Virus record (IMG/VR): IMGVR_UViG_3300048606_000075
Coordinates: 25,816 to 89,815 of that record
DNA: 64,000 bases
Direction: 5' to 3' (one strand)
Source of the DNA: a virus
Lineage: Duplodnaviria; Caudoviricetes
Positions 1 through 10,608 of the stretch are shown here, one piece after another. The translations under genes were made by a program, and so were the position numbers. A model generated the notes under the pieces. The model made no database searches. It had not been told where the DNA came from and saw only the letters and a list, made by a program, of their open reading frames with translations. The number at the start of each line of letters is the position of its first letter. Within the stretch, counting starts at the first letter, position 1.

Positions 1-505
1 CCGCTATGCCATGCATCTTCGCGGTGTTCGCGGGCGTGGTGGCCGGGCGCGAGATGCGAGTCCACGTGTTGGCGGCGAGCGGGATGGGATCAGAAACCGA
101 CAGACCAGAAACCGAATTGTCAGTTCGTAATGACTCAACCTGACAAATCACATTCTGTGCTCTGTTCACACGAACATACATAGAAACCATGTATGTCTGA
201 GCAACTACCGGTACAATCTCAGCTACAGAAATCCAGGAACGGAATCCCCACACCTGGGTGGACGTCGCACGATAGAAGGCGCTGTTGTTGATCGGTCCGC
301 CGGTGACCTGACGAGTCCCGGCAAACTGGGACTGATTCTTACCGCCGTTGAATCGATATGTGTACCAGTTCCCTGAAGTGTCAACTGACAGAGCAGGGTT
401 GACTGACTTGTTGTAGCGATGCAGAGTCTCGTCAAACGGAGTATCCGATAAACGCCAATATGCAATCGGACTATCTCGTACAATCTCAGCATTAAGCATG
501 CTCAT
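1..505 (-). CDS. minor tail protein, N-terminal part (runs off window start)
   Basis: Manual translation MSMLNAEIVRDSPIAYWRLSD..., open to position 1; ATGA overlap with the tape measure stop; DxPxxYWRL motif typical of minor tail/LamG-like proteins. Not in the supplied ORF track. Confidence 0.75.
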   Translation of the reverse strand, partial: MSMLNAEIVRDSPIAYWRLSDTPFDETLHRYNKSVNPALSVDTSGNWYTYRFNGGKNQSQFAGTRQVTGGPINNSAFYRATSTQVWGFRSWISVAEIVPVVAQTYMVSMYVRVNRAQNVICQVESLRTDNSVSGLSVSDPIPLAANTWTRISRPATTPANTAKMHGIA

Positions 506-3500
506 GAGAACGTCCCTGCCCAAGACAACTTAGTCATGACATTTTCAAAAGAATCTGTGGATCGAGAAGGAACGGGATTAGTAATCTGGACAGATCCTTC
601 TTCGAATACCACAGACTTAGCTTGAGATGTAGTTGTGCTAGTAGAAGTACCAGCCTTCAATGCTTCAGACATAGTCTTATTGAGACTAGTATTTGCACCA
701 AGACGAATTTGACTACTCTTGCCAAGAGAAGAGAACAAGGTAGAGATGTCTGGAACTGGACCACCAGCCGCAAAGCCCACAGAATCCGCATGGTTCAAAC
801 TATCAAGAGTCTGCGGTCCTATCTTGGCTGCAGCATCCTTACGAATGACGTACTCACCCGGGGTGAGGCGAGCGGGAACGGTGTCTCCACGGCCTGAGCC
901 GGGGACAAAACCACCCCGCGCGAACGCTTCACCCTTGGCATACGCATCCAAGTTAGACAGGAACTTAGACTTGTTTGCTATAGGCATCAGCTCGATCTGA
1001 GCACGAGCCTTAGGTTTCTGCATAACCTTAAAGATGTCAGTAGTTGCCAACTCTGTAGCCGTGGAGACTTCACGGATACCTAGACCAGCTGTCTTCTGCA
1101 GAGCACTAATAATCTTCAGAACAGTCCCAAGATCCTCGTGCAAGGAATCCTTAGACCGCTCCAGCTCCTGCTCCATCCGCTCCGCCAGCGCACGGTTCCC
1201 CACCGCGTCTCGGGAGAGCAACAGACCGCTCTTCTTCTGCTCCCCCACATCACGAAGAGTGTAGTTAATGTCAGGTTCATCCTGAGCAGTAGCATCCTCG
1301 GTGCCTGTGGATGCCTTCTGACCTGGAATAGTAATAGATGTTGATTCATGAATGTCACCAACACCCATGTCCGCCAACGCCTGTGCCAGATCATCCAGGC
1401 CCCACCCGGCAATAGTCAAAACGTTGGACTCGAACTCTTCCTGCTCATCGTTGGTTCGGTCAGTCTCAGAAAGCCACTGGTACAGGTCGGCATAGGTCTG
1501 AGGCTCAAACGGATCATCCGGAGCCACAAGACTGGTGACCTGAGTACCATCATCGTTCATCCAGTCAAGAGAACCGTAATATGTACCCTTAGAGATGTCA
1601 TCGGCGGTAGGAACACCGGCGGCTGTCTGAGTTCCGGGCTTGTAACGAATGTCATTAATTGACTTTGGCTTAGCTGTCGCAACAGCAGCCGCCGACGCAG
1701 CCTTCTTCTTAGGAACATTGATCTCTTGGCCAGCCTTCAGACCAGCCTCATCAACTTGCTCATTAGGATTAACTGCAATGATATTAGCAGTAGAAGTCTT
1801 ATTCTTCTTAGCGATAGACGCCATCGTATCGCCAGGACGAACTCTGTACTTCCTTACATTCTTCCTGGAGAACTTACCAACGCCGCCACCCTTGAAGCCC
1901 AACACCAAACCACCAGCGGCAGCCTCTGCCGGCTTACGCTTCCCGCCTGCCGCCGCGTCCATCAGCCGACCCAGGCCCGCGACCGGAGGACCGTCCACAC
2001 GCGGGCCCTGCCCGGCTGCGGATGCTCGGTTGGATGCGGACGTCGACCCGGAGCGGTTAGACGCCATCTTGTTTGCACGGATGATGTTGCTAGCGCCAAT
2101 GCGCTGCACCAGCTCCGGAACCAGGACACCCTCACCCGGAGACAGCACGGCGGGGATGGTGTCTCGGCCAGGCGAGTGACCCTTGAGCACACCGCCGGGG
2201 GCGAAGTGCGCTACGTCCTTGTCATCGGGGAGTCCACCACCCGCGAACACACCGCCGCCAGCGGCCGGGACAGTCGCGCCGGTGACCACCACGTTAATGG
2301 TGTGGGTAGAACTGGTCGGCTGCTTCAGTTGCTCGATAACAGGAGTCGCATTGTCTACAACATTGATCGTGTGAGTAGACTCAGTGGGTTCTTTGATCTT
2401 CGTAATGATAGGTGTAGCATTATCAACAACATTAATGGTATGCGTAGAAGTAGTTGCAGTCTTAACTAGATCAAGAACACCAGCAGGAGCAATGACAGCA
2501 GTAATAGTATGAGTAGAAGTAGTAGCAAGCTTATTAGCAGTAATTGCAGCTAATGCATTATTTGTAACATTGATCGTGTGAGTAGAAGTAGATGGCGCTA
2601 TTATAGTATTCTTAGCAGGAGTTACGTTATCTGTACCAACGGTAAAGTTAACCGGAGCATTAACAGCGGGTGGTGCTGCTGGAGCAGCGAGCGGTCCAGG
2701 GACAACCGGGATAACGATCGGAGCGCCAGTGTATGCGGGCGCCGGCATCGCGTCTGGCTTGGTTTCAACGGGGGTTGGCTTAGCCGGAGTTTCCGGTGTG
2801 GGAAGTGGATTAGGTGCAACGTTAGTCGGTGTTGGGGTGGCTGGAGTTTCAGGTGCGGGGAGTGGATTAGGCGCAACGTTAGTCGGTGTTGGGGTGGCTG
2901 GAGTTTCCGGTGTAGGAAGTGGATTAGGTGTGACGTTAGTCGGTGTCGGGGTGCCCGGAGTTTCCGGGGCGGGGAGTGGATTAGGCTTAACGTCGACCGG
3001 AACTTCAGTCTTAGTTGTCTTGTACTTATCAAGCAATCCCTGCAGTTGCTTGTCATCACCATCCAGCTGAATGGTTGTAGTCTTACCATCAGCACCAGTG
3101 ATAACTGCCTGAATCTTACCGTCAACCAATTGAGTATTGGCATCGATTGCCATGTTGACAATCTTGCCATTACCTAGATCAACAGCAGCCTGAATCTTGC
3201 CATTAACAAGCTCAGGGTTTGCATCAATCTTAAGTTCAGCAGTCTTGCCGTTAGCCAACTGAATTGTTGCATTAATCTTACCGTCTGCACCAGCAGTGTT
3301 AGCGTCAAGCTTAACAATTGCCGCTTTACCAGTGATCAGCGACATCATGTTATTGAATGCCGCTAAAGCAGCCTTATCCTCAAGGTTAATAGTAACAGTG
3401 CCGTCAGGCATTGTTGTAACTTGAAGACCAATAGCTTGCAACTGAGAAATAACTGTCGGATCCGACAGCTTAATGTTAATTGACTTCTGAGTAGCAGGAA

Positions 3501-6500
3501 CCTTACTAATTGCAGTTTGAACTGCCTGCAACTGTGGCAAGATAGTCGCAGCGTTAGTAACGAATGTAAGTGATGGGAGATCCTTAGGGATAAGTCCCAT
3601 CTGCTTAATCAACTGATCAATAACCGGGCCAGGAACGCCAGCATCGGTCGCCATCTGACGGAACGCGTTAGCTGAATTCACCAACTCATTGTTAAACGCC
3701 ATAGTCTGCTGGACAGCATCACCGCCAGCAGCCTTCATCTGACTCGACATAATGTCAGCTGCTTGCTTTGCTGCCTGACCCAACTGCGTCATATTCGCTA
3801 GCAACTGCTGGGTCGGCTGAGCACCAGCGGCAAGCCCCGTCAAAGCCAACTTGACACTGTCTAGCTTAGTCTTAAAGTCTAGCGCAGCCGCCGCAGCTAG
3901 CTTCTGTTGGTCAACAGCCTCCTTCAACTTGCCATTAGAGATACCAAGCTCGTTACCAAGATCGCCCGCATTCTTAGCAGACAGCAACAGACCATCAACA
4001 AGCATCTGCATGCCTGGTCGAGCTTCACCAAACTTATCCAACTCTAAACTAATTGCTGCTAATGCAGCTGGGTTGCCCTGCGCGGCAGCTGTCAGCTGTT
4101 CAAGTGTAATTCCAGCATTCTGAAGCTGGACTCCAGAGTCTTTCCAAGCATTATTGCTAGCAATAGTCGTCGAAATATTTGCATCAAGCGCTGCTTGAAC
4201 CCGGGCAAGGGCATCAGCATTACCCAGCGAAGCTTGGGTGTAGTCAGCAGTACTAATACCCAAGTCTGAAACAGCCTGCAAATATGTCTTAGAGCCATCA
4301 GCAAGCATCTTCGTAGAAAGCTCATTGGCCTTCTGTGTAACCGTTTGCTGAGTAATAGCACCCGTAGCTTGATCTAGAGTCGTACGAAGATCCTCAACAG
4401 CCTGCTTGTGCTCTTCAGCCTTCTTCTTTGCGTCTTCCTGCGCGGCACCCAGAGCACCCAGCGCGACGACAGCGCCAGCGATGGCGATGCCCCACGGTCC
4501 TCCCAGCGCAGCCGTGATGCCGCCCAGGGCGCCCTTGATGCCCTGCCCGGCTCCGGCGATGACACCAGATACACCCTTGAATGAGTTAGCGCCGTCCGCT
4601 GCTGTCTTGAACGCAGCCTTCATCTGATCTAGAACAGGAACGTTCCCGCCCAGCGTTCGAACAGCATCCGAAACTTGCTTCATTGCCGTGCCGGCTGAAC
4701 CGAAGGCACCGCCCAACCCGGAAAGGGTCGTCCCCAGGCCCTTAAATGCTGTGACTGCACCGCTCAGTGGTGCAGTCATGGTGGTAAACATACTACCAAT
4801 AGGTGTAATTATAGAAGGAATCTTTGAGATTCCAGCTTGCAGTCCAGAAGAAATACTAGTGCCGAGAGTCTTAATAGTACTACCGACAGCACTAACCGCA
4901 GTTGAAACCTTAGAAGGAATAGTCGCCATAGCGGCGCCGACACTTGTAGCAGCGCTTTTAATCGTATTAGGCAAGTTAAGTATTTGCTTACCTAAAGCAT
5001 CAACACCCTTGCCGGCAGTTTGACCTGCCTTAATAAACCCATCACCCAGCTTATCAATACCAGAACTTGCCTTACCTACACCACTAAGTATCTTGCCGCC
5101 GAGGCCATCAACGCTAGAGGCAGCCTTGCCTATACCACTAATAACCTTATCAGAAAAACTATCGAAACCAGATCCAGCCTTAGACAAACCTCCAGTAATG
5201 CCAGATCCAAGTTTATCAATACCCTTGAGAATGCCAGAACCAAGCTTGGAACCTACATTGTCAAAACCTTGTCCTAGTTTAGACGCAACATTGAGAGCCT
5301 TAGAGCTGAATGAATCAAACCCGGAACCGGCCTTCGATAGACCGCCGACCATCTTGTCCGCAAGACCATCAGCGAGCTTGCCAATACTCGACAAAGGTGC
5401 GGCAGCAAAGTTTGCAACAGCGGTGCCAGTCTTGGTGAGACCGGACTCAACCTTTGCACCCATCCTGTCAAAGGCAGCGGGGACAGCATCAAGCTTCGTA
5501 GTTGTGTTAGCAATAGACGTAACAAGCTTGCCGGCAAATCCATCCGCAGCCTGCTGTGCCGATGCAGTAGCTCTCTGACCAAATGCAGCAGCAGACGTAG
5601 TACCAGCAGCAAAATCTGTCTTGACCTTAGACAGTGTCTTAGATAAAGTCGATACAGACTTAGTAGCCTTGTCCGCATCCGATGCCTTAAAGAAACTAGA
5701 ACCAGCGGCACCGACCTGGCGGGCCTTCTCTCCCACCGCCTGACCAGCACGACCCGTACCCGTCGCGGCGGGTGTCTTGGTCTGACCCGCCGCACCCTTG
5801 GCAACACCACCGAGCAGAGTCTTAGCACCCTTGCCGCCTGCACCCGTCGCCTGATTCAGCGCTCGACCAAGCTTGGTAATTCCGGTGATGGCACCGACTG
5901 CCTTGATGGCCTTCATGGCACCCGCGAACGCGAGCATCAGCGCGATGAACTCACCGACACCCGGGATGCTGACCAAGAACTCCAGAGCGGAAGCAAACGC
6001 ACCTAGGACAGTCACGAACGCAGACAGGAAGCTGCCATCCCCGACGTTGATCAGCCGGGTCAAGATATCCAAGAACTGGCCCGCCATGGTGATGATCTGT
6101 GGGCCGACCGCCTTGGTGGCATCTGACAACGCCTTGGAGAATTTCTCTACAGCAGGGACTAACTTCGTCTCGATGGTCGTGAGCATATCGGTCAGCTGAG
6201 GAGATGCGCCAGCCTTAATGATAGCAAGTGAAAGCTTGCCAAAAAGCCTGAGAATAGCCTCAACATTAGGCTGTAGCTTGGCAAAGTAGTCAGCGAGAGC
6301 GTTCTTACCCTCAGTGGACTTCATCCACTCTTCTGTCTTCTCTGCTAATGCAGTGAACTTATCGAGAAGACTCTGACCCATAGGTGTAGCAGCACTGAAT
6401 ACCGAACCGAGAATTCCTCCTATGGCAGCAAGTGCATGTCCAAAGGTAGTGAGCGTAGCTTGAGTCTTGGTAAAGAACGCCTGCATCCGAGCAGCGCCGG

Positions 6501-8139
6501 CTTCACCAGACGTGATGCTGACCAAAAACTCAGAGAACCGAAGTCCAATATCAGCAAGCCACTGGGTAAACGGAGCAGCAGCCGTTGCTACGTTGACAAA
6601 CGCAACACCAAGATTAATAAGAGCTTGACCAAATGTCGATACAAGCTTAGGTCCAGTATTAGTAAAGAGCGAAGTTAACTGTGGTCCTAGACCACTAATT
6701 GCTTTTGCAGCCTGTGTAGCAAGACCGCCTAACGCCGCACCGAACGCTGTCACAGCGGGGATGGCCACCGACTTGATCATCGGCGCAAGAATATTTACCG
6801 CTTGTGTTAACCCAGGGAACAACGCTCCCTGGGCAGCTGTCCGCAGCTGGGTAATTGCTGGCTTGAGTGCGATCAAAGATCGCATGAAGTTCTGGGCAGG
6901 AGCTGGCAGCTTTGCTATTTCCTTGTTGAAAGCTGCCATTTCCTTGGGGCCGCCGGTCATGGCTTTACCCAAGGAACTGAAAGCCTTGTCCATGCCCATG
7001 GTGGCGATCTTGACGGTGGCTAACGCACCACCCATGGACAGCAACGCGGTGGGGATAGCCCCCAGCACACCCACCAGCGGGCCCGCCGCCCCCACGATGC
7101 CCACCAGGCCGCCCGCAAGGGAGACCAGGCTGCCTACCACCAACGTGATAGCCGGAGCCAGCCCAGCAGGGATCAGCCCCATCAGGAGCGTCTTCAAGCC
7201 ACGTCCAGCGGTCATCGCGCGGCCCGACCCGGACGAGAAGATGTTCAGCCCGGAGACGAAGCTGGAGAACGCGTTGCCGCCCCTGCCGGACTCAGCATTA
7301 GTGTCCGCAATCGACTGGCGCAGGTTGCGCATCGCGGCGGACGAACCATCCGCTTGCGGCTTGAGCTGTGCCAACGCACGCGCGAGAGCATCCTGTCCGG
7401 CGGCGGCCTCCTGAGCGGACTGACTCGACGATGCGATGGTTGTATTATGCTTGTCAATAGATGTGCGAGCCGACTCCACAGCGGGGGCCAGGCGCTGCAT
7501 CGCGCGAGTGAGCGCGTCATGCTCGGCGACCTCAGACTTGGACGCCTTCGACGACTGCTCGATGGCCTTGGCTAGGTCACGCTTATCCTTGGACGCGGCA
7601 CGAGCCGACGCGGACTCCTTGTCCAGCGCGGTCGAGTGTGAACGTGCCCCGGACGCGGCGGCCTTCTCCGCAGTCGCTGTCTTAGAAATGCTGTCGGAGA
7701 GTCTATTCAGGACCGTCGACTTACTCGACGCGGTCTTACGTTCATTGTCTAAAGCTTTAGCGTGATTCGCGGCGGCAGTAGTAGCCGCCTTCTCCGCCTT
7801 GACCAGGTTTGCCAGACTCTTAGAAGTCTGATCAACTTCAGCTCGAACCTTCTTGTGCGCTGTCGAAGATTGATTACCGTACTTATCCGCAGCAGTGCCG
7901 GCATCCTTTAATGCCTTGTTCAGGTTTGTCTGAGCAGCAGCCAAGTCTTTAGATGACTTGGCAGACGCAGCTTGGCTCTTTGATAACCTGTCAAAAGACT
8001 TATCGAGGTTCTCAGAATTCTTGTTGACCGCAGCAAGATCGGACTTAAGGCCCGCGATCTCTCGACGGGTACCTTTGATCGCCCGGTTGAGCGAGGCAAA
8101 ATCGGCGACCGCTCTGAAAATAGCGGTTGAGCTAGCCAC
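502..8139 (-). CDS. tape measure protein with C-terminal LysM domain and Pro/Thr repeats
   Basis: 2545 aa, Ala/Gly/Ser-rich helical repeats, directly downstream of the tail chaperones; LysM motif YRVRPGDTMASIAKK...LKAGQEINVP; two FxxGGxxxG...DTxPAxLxPGExV motifs. Confidence 0.93.
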   Translation of the reverse strand: MASSTAIFRAVADFASLNRAIKGTRREIAGLKSDLAAVNKNSENLDKSFDRLSKSQAASAKSSKDLAAAQTNLNKALKDAGTAADKYGNQSSTAHKKVRAEVDQTSKSLANLVKAEKAATTAAANHAKALDNERKTASSKSTVLNRLSDSISKTATAEKAAASGARSHSTALDKESASARAASKDKRDLAKAIEQSSKASKSEVAEHDALTRAMQRLAPAVESARTSIDKHNTTIASSSQSAQEAAAGQDALARALAQLKPQADGSSAAMRNLRQSIADTNAESGRGGNAFSSFVSGLNIFSSGSGRAMTAGRGLKTLLMGLIPAGLAPAITLVVGSLVSLAGGLVGIVGAAGPLVGVLGAIPTALLSMGGALATVKIATMGMDKAFSSLGKAMTGGPKEMAAFNKEIAKLPAPAQNFMRSLIALKPAITQLRTAAQGALFPGLTQAVNILAPMIKSVAIPAVTAFGAALGGLATQAAKAISGLGPQLTSLFTNTGPKLVSTFGQALINLGVAFVNVATAAAPFTQWLADIGLRFSEFLVSITSGEAGAARMQAFFTKTQATLTTFGHALAAIGGILGSVFSAATPMGQSLLDKFTALAEKTEEWMKSTEGKNALADYFAKLQPNVEAILRLFGKLSLAIIKAGASPQLTDMLTTIETKLVPAVEKFSKALSDATKAVGPQIITMAGQFLDILTRLINVGDGSFLSAFVTVLGAFASALEFLVSIPGVGEFIALMLAFAGAMKAIKAVGAITGITKLGRALNQATGAGGKGAKTLLGGVAKGAAGQTKTPAATGTGRAGQAVGEKARQVGAAGSSFFKASDADKATKSVSTLSKTLSKVKTDFAAGTTSAAAFGQRATASAQQAADGFAGKLVTSIANTTTKLDAVPAAFDRMGAKVESGLTKTGTAVANFAAAPLSSIGKLADGLADKMVGGLSKAGSGFDSFSSKALNVASKLGQGFDNVGSKLGSGILKGIDKLGSGITGGLSKAGSGFDSFSDKVISGIGKAASSVDGLGGKILSGVGKASSGIDKLGDGFIKAGQTAGKGVDALGKQILNLPNTIKSAATSVGAAMATIPSKVSTAVSAVGSTIKTLGTSISSGLQAGISKIPSIITPIGSMFTTMTAPLSGAVTAFKGLGTTLSGLGGAFGSAGTAMKQVSDAVRTLGGNVPVLDQMKAAFKTAADGANSFKGVSGVIAGAGQGIKGALGGITAALGGPWGIAIAGAVVALGALGAAQEDAKKKAEEHKQAVEDLRTTLDQATGAITQQTVTQKANELSTKMLADGSKTYLQAVSDLGISTADYTQASLGNADALARVQAALDANISTTIASNNAWKDSGVQLQNAGITLEQLTAAAQGNPAALAAISLELDKFGEARPGMQMLVDGLLLSAKNAGDLGNELGISNGKLKEAVDQQKLAAAAALDFKTKLDSVKLALTGLAAGAQPTQQLLANMTQLGQAAKQAADIMSSQMKAAGGDAVQQTMAFNNELVNSANAFRQMATDAGVPGPVIDQLIKQMGLIPKDLPSLTFVTNAATILPQLQAVQTAISKVPATQKSINIKLSDPTVISQLQAIGLQVTTMPDGTVTINLEDKAALAAFNNMMSLITGKAAIVKLDANTAGADGKINATIQLANGKTAELKIDANPELVNGKIQAAVDLGNGKIVNMAIDANTQLVDGKIQAVITGADGKTTTIQLDGDDKQLQGLLDKYKTTKTEVPVDVKPNPLPAPETPGTPTPTNVTPNPLPTPETPATPTPTNVAPNPLPAPETPATPTPTNVAPNPLPTPETPAKPTPVETKPDAMPAPAYTGAPIVIPVVPGPLAAPAAPPAVNAPVNFTVGTDNVTPAKNTIIAPSTSTHTINVTNNALAAITANKLATTSTHTITAVIAPAGVLDLVKTATTSTHTINVVDNATPIITKIKEPTESTHTINVVDNATPVIEQLKQPTSSTHTINVVVTGATVPAAGGGVFAGGGLPDDKDVAHFAPGGVLKGHSPGRDTIPAVLSPGEGVLVPELVQRIGASNIIRANKMASNRSGSTSASNRASAAGQGPRVDGPPVAGLGRLMDAAAGGKRKPAEAAAGGLVLGFKGGGVGKFSRKNVRKYRVRPGDTMASIAKKNKTSTANIIAVNPNEQVDEAGLKAGQEINVPKKKAASAAAVATAKPKSINDIRYKPGTQTAAGVPTADDISKGTYYGSLDWMNDDGTQVTSLVAPDDPFEPQTYADLYQWLSETDRTNDEQEEFESNVLTIAGWGLDDLAQALADMGVGDIHESTSITIPGQKASTGTEDATAQDEPDINYTLRDVGEQKKSGLLLSRDAVGNRALAERMEQELERSKDSLHEDLGTVLKIISALQKTAGLGIREVSTATELATTDIFKVMQKPKARAQIELMPIANKSKFLSNLDAYAKGEAFARGGFVPGSGRGDTVPARLTPGEYVIRKDAAAKIGPQTLDSLNHADSVGFAAGGPVPDISTLFSSLGKSSQIRLGANTSLNKTMSEALKAGTSTSTTTSQAKSVVFEEGSVQITNPVPSRSTDSFENVMTKLSWAGTFS
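2765..2990 (-). repeat. 57-nt coding tandem repeat (about 4 copies, PNPLP(A/T)PETPATPTPTNVA)
   Basis: Near-identical 57-nt units visible in the DNA, inside the tape measure gene. Confidence 0.9.
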
Positions 8140-8162
8140 CGATATTCACCCCCATCTCCGCG

Positions 8163-8585
8163 CTACTTGGGTTGAGCGCCTCGGCGACCAAACAACATCG
8201 CTAACTTCTCAGCGGAGCCGGCTCGTGGCTCCGGAGCGGAACCTCCAGTAGTGAGAGATTTCTTATCCGACTTATCACCAAAGATAGAAATCTTCTGAAC
8301 TGCATCATTCATGGCCTTCATAGCTTCAGTACTCTGAGCTGTCAAAGCCAAGAAAGTAGCGATAGTCTTAGTCTGCCATTCCACCGTTTCAAGATGTCGG
8401 ACAATAGTGTAGGAACTACGTTCCTTAATTAACTCCACCATTTGTCGTATCCGACAAATAGGAATATCCAGAATTAATTCGTCTGACCATCCGTACTCGG
8501 AGGAGATGATGTCGAAGACTCTTGCGAAAGAACCGGCGATTGAATCGTCTGCACGGTGGATCCGGTCGGTGCGTTCGCCTTTTCC
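8163..8585 (-). CDS. tail assembly chaperone, -1 frameshift extension (gpGT-like C-terminus)
   Basis: The -1 frame is open from GGAAAAG to the stop at 8163 and encodes FARVFDIISSEYGWSDELILDIPICRIRQM, a typical second-chaperone motif lying upstream of the track ATG at 8441. Confidence 0.8.
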   Translation of the reverse strand, partial: GKGERTDRIHRADDSIAGSFARVFDIISSEYGWSDELILDIPICRIRQMVELIKERSSYTIVRHLETVEWQTKTIATFLALTAQSTEAMKAMNDAVQKISIFGDKSDKKSLTTGGSAPEPRAGSAEKLAMLFGRRGAQPK

Positions 8586-9100
8586 TCCAGATCCTTCAGC
8601 TGACCCGTCTTGGTCATCATCGAGATCGCCGTCCCTACTCGTTTTCCCAGGGCAGCCAGGTCGGACTTCTCCCTATCCACAACGGCCTCGATGATGGCGA
8701 TGGCGTCCTCTGGCTCCGGATTGGCTAGCTCCTTGTCCAGAGCGTCATACGCCTGTTCCCGAGCAGCCTTCGTAGCCTTGTCCGAGCCAACAGGCATACC
8801 GCTGGGCTCGATCACCGAGCGCAGGAAATCGATAGCCTCGTTCTCCGCCTCCGGCAACGCGATGATGGCGATCGCCATCAACTGGATGCCCACCGCTTCC
8901 GACCGCTCTTCATCGTCGGCGGCCATGAAAGCTTCGCGGAGCATGGGCATGTACTGCGCACCGCCACGGGTGATGATGCGCAGCAGACGGAACAACTGAC
9001 GAAGCTTCAACCGCTGGATGTCGACCTTCATACCCGACACCAAAGTGATGGAGGTCGGAACTGGGTCAAGACGGTCGATCTCAGATGTTGGAGAAGACAT
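8474..9100 (-). CDS. tail assembly chaperone (gpG-like)
   Basis: 208 aa helical protein between major tail and tape measure genes; SD AAGGAG. Confidence 0.85.
   Translation of the reverse strand: MSSPTSEIDRLDPVPTSITLVSGMKVDIQRLKLRQLFRLLRIITRGGAQYMPMLREAFMAADDEERSEAVGIQLMAIAIIALPEAENEAIDFLRSVIEPSGMPVGSDKATKAAREQAYDALDKELANPEPEDAIAIIEAVVDREKSDLAALGKRVGTAISMMTKTGQLKDLEEKANAPTGSTVQTIQSPVLSQESSTSSPPSTDGQTN
8579..8585 (-). promoter_or_regulatory. putative -1 ribosomal slippery site G GAA AAG
   Basis: GGAAAAG near the chaperone 3' end joins the two overlapping frames. Confidence 0.6.
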
Positions 9101-9150
9101 TAGCGCTCCTTGGCGTCCAGATATTTACAATGAATTGAGAAATCAGCCGA

Positions 9151-9696
9151 CTACGATACTGGCCTGTTCAACAGCCGGCCGATAGCACGCGGGTCGAGGG
9201 TGTCACCGGTCTCATCCACGGATGAAATAACCGCACGACCAGAATAGTTCAGAACCAGACCGTCCTTGTACGTAGGACCATCGAACGAGATCGGCATGAA
9301 CTGCACGCGGAACAGCACGATGTCCATCGTTCGAATGGCGCCCAGGGAGTCCTTCGAAGGCACCCGGATCAGCACCGGACGGGGCGGCTGGTTCAGCGAC
9401 GGCTCCGTCCAGAGGTCCATCGTCCAGTTGTCGCCGGTGGAGGTGACCGGAGCACCGGTCAGCAGGCTGATGACGTTGAACGGCACGTACCCCGAAGAGA
9501 TCGTGACCTCCGCGTAGTTGAACCAGAACCAGTTCGACAGCACGGCGTCATCACCGGTGTTGTCGTAAGAGTCCGAGTCCACCGATACCGAGCCTTCACG
9601 CACACCGTAGATGTCCGCTGCTTCTGCTCCAGATGAACCATCAAGAATTGCTGCATGCGAGACCGAGAAGGCCTCGAAGATCCCAGTACTTGGCAT
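9151..9696 (-). CDS. major tail (tube) protein
   Basis: 181 aa from MPSTGIFEAF with SD GGAAGGGG; beta-rich; position before the chaperones; no sheath gene in the window. Confidence 0.8.
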   Translation of the reverse strand: MPSTGIFEAFSVSHAAILDGSSGAEAADIYGVREGSVSVDSDSYDNTGDDAVLSNWFWFNYAEVTISSGYVPFNVISLLTGAPVTSTGDNWTMDLWTEPSLNQPPRPVLIRVPSKDSLGAIRTMDIVLFRVQFMPISFDGPTYKDGLVLNYSGRAVISSVDETGDTLDPRAIGRLLNRPVS

Positions 9697-9814
9697 TTGT
9701 TTGCATCCCCTTCCGTATATCACGCACAGGTGGGGTTACTGGCATGCAGTGCTCGGAACGCCCTTCACGGAAGGTATTCGACCCGGCGCGCCTCAAAGAC
9801 TGTGTGGAGATGCA

Positions 9815-10276
9815 TCAAAGACACCGGCGACATTCAGCACACAGACCGCTGGGCAACAAGGCTCCTTCTAGAGTCAAAATATGGTTCTGCTCGCAGATAA
9901 TATCTTGCAAGCCTAACTTGGAACAGATTTCTGCTCTATGAATAAAGAACCGTGAGTTGTATAGAGAGCGCTTTAAACGTCTACGGTTTCCTATATCAGC
10001 AGGAGATACAACTTCAAGATGATCTGTACTCACACATCTACGGATTTCACAGACACCTATTTTACGGTCAAGAATCTCTTCAGGTCCGAGTGGTCGTACT
10101 GAGTACTCAAAAATCCAAAGATGAGCTGCTACAGTCTTGTACTTTCCATCTACTTTAATAGAAAAACGGCCATATCCCTGACGGGTTATATGGCCGATCC
10201 AATACGAATGTCCATCTCTAACTTCAACTCTACGCATGAACTTATCTACTAAAGGCTCATTGCGTGGTCCATACAC
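9815..10276 (-). CDS. HNH homing endonuclease-like protein, possibly degenerate
   Basis: HSYWIG...GYGRF...AHLWIFE...LDRK..C..RRCVSTDHLE resembles HNH_3 enzymes, but the usual DH is DR. Confidence 0.7.
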   Translation of the reverse strand: MYGPRNEPLVDKFMRRVEVRDGHSYWIGHITRQGYGRFSIKVDGKYKTVAAHLWIFEYSVRPLGPEEILDRKIGVCEIRRCVSTDHLEVVSPADIGNRRRLKRSLYNSRFFIHRAEICSKLGLQDIICEQNHILTLEGALLPSGLCAECRRCL

Positions 10277-10278
10277 AA

Positions 10279-10608
10279 CTAACCCTCACGGTCAACTACA
10301 ATAGTCTCGATCAAATCGCCTACAATATTGAATCTGTGCAACACCAGCTGTACATCGCGGCCTTCAGTTTTAAATCGTCTCCTGCAATCTTGGCACGCGA
10401 GCTCAATTAAGTTGTCTGTAGTGACAGATGGCTGGATGCCAGCTAGGCGCAACTTGGCGAACAGCTTCCGGGGCCCGGTGGGGCAGCGCAGCTCGACCTC
10501 TTGAAGTGACTGCTCTTGAACCGGCACGCCTACGGCTTCGACGTCACTTCGAGATAGCAAATAGCTACCTGTAGAGAAACGAGCTACCACTTGCTCCTCC
10601 TCTGTCAC
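10279..10608 (-). CDS. small Cys-containing protein, Com-like zinc-ribbon resemblance
   Basis: GTGA overlap with the glycosyltransferase stop; ELRCP..RKLFAKL...IELACQDCRR. Confidence 0.55.
   Translation of the reverse strand: MTEEEQVVARFSTGSYLLSRSDVEAVGVPVQEQSLQEVELRCPTGPRKLFAKLRLAGIQPSVTTDNLIELACQDCRRRFKTEGRDVQLVLHRFNIVGDLIETIVVDREG

Noticed and set aside
223-492. Track ORF of 89 aa
   Set aside because: Wrong frame; another minus frame (1..505) gives a motif-bearing tail protein coupled to the tape measure stop.
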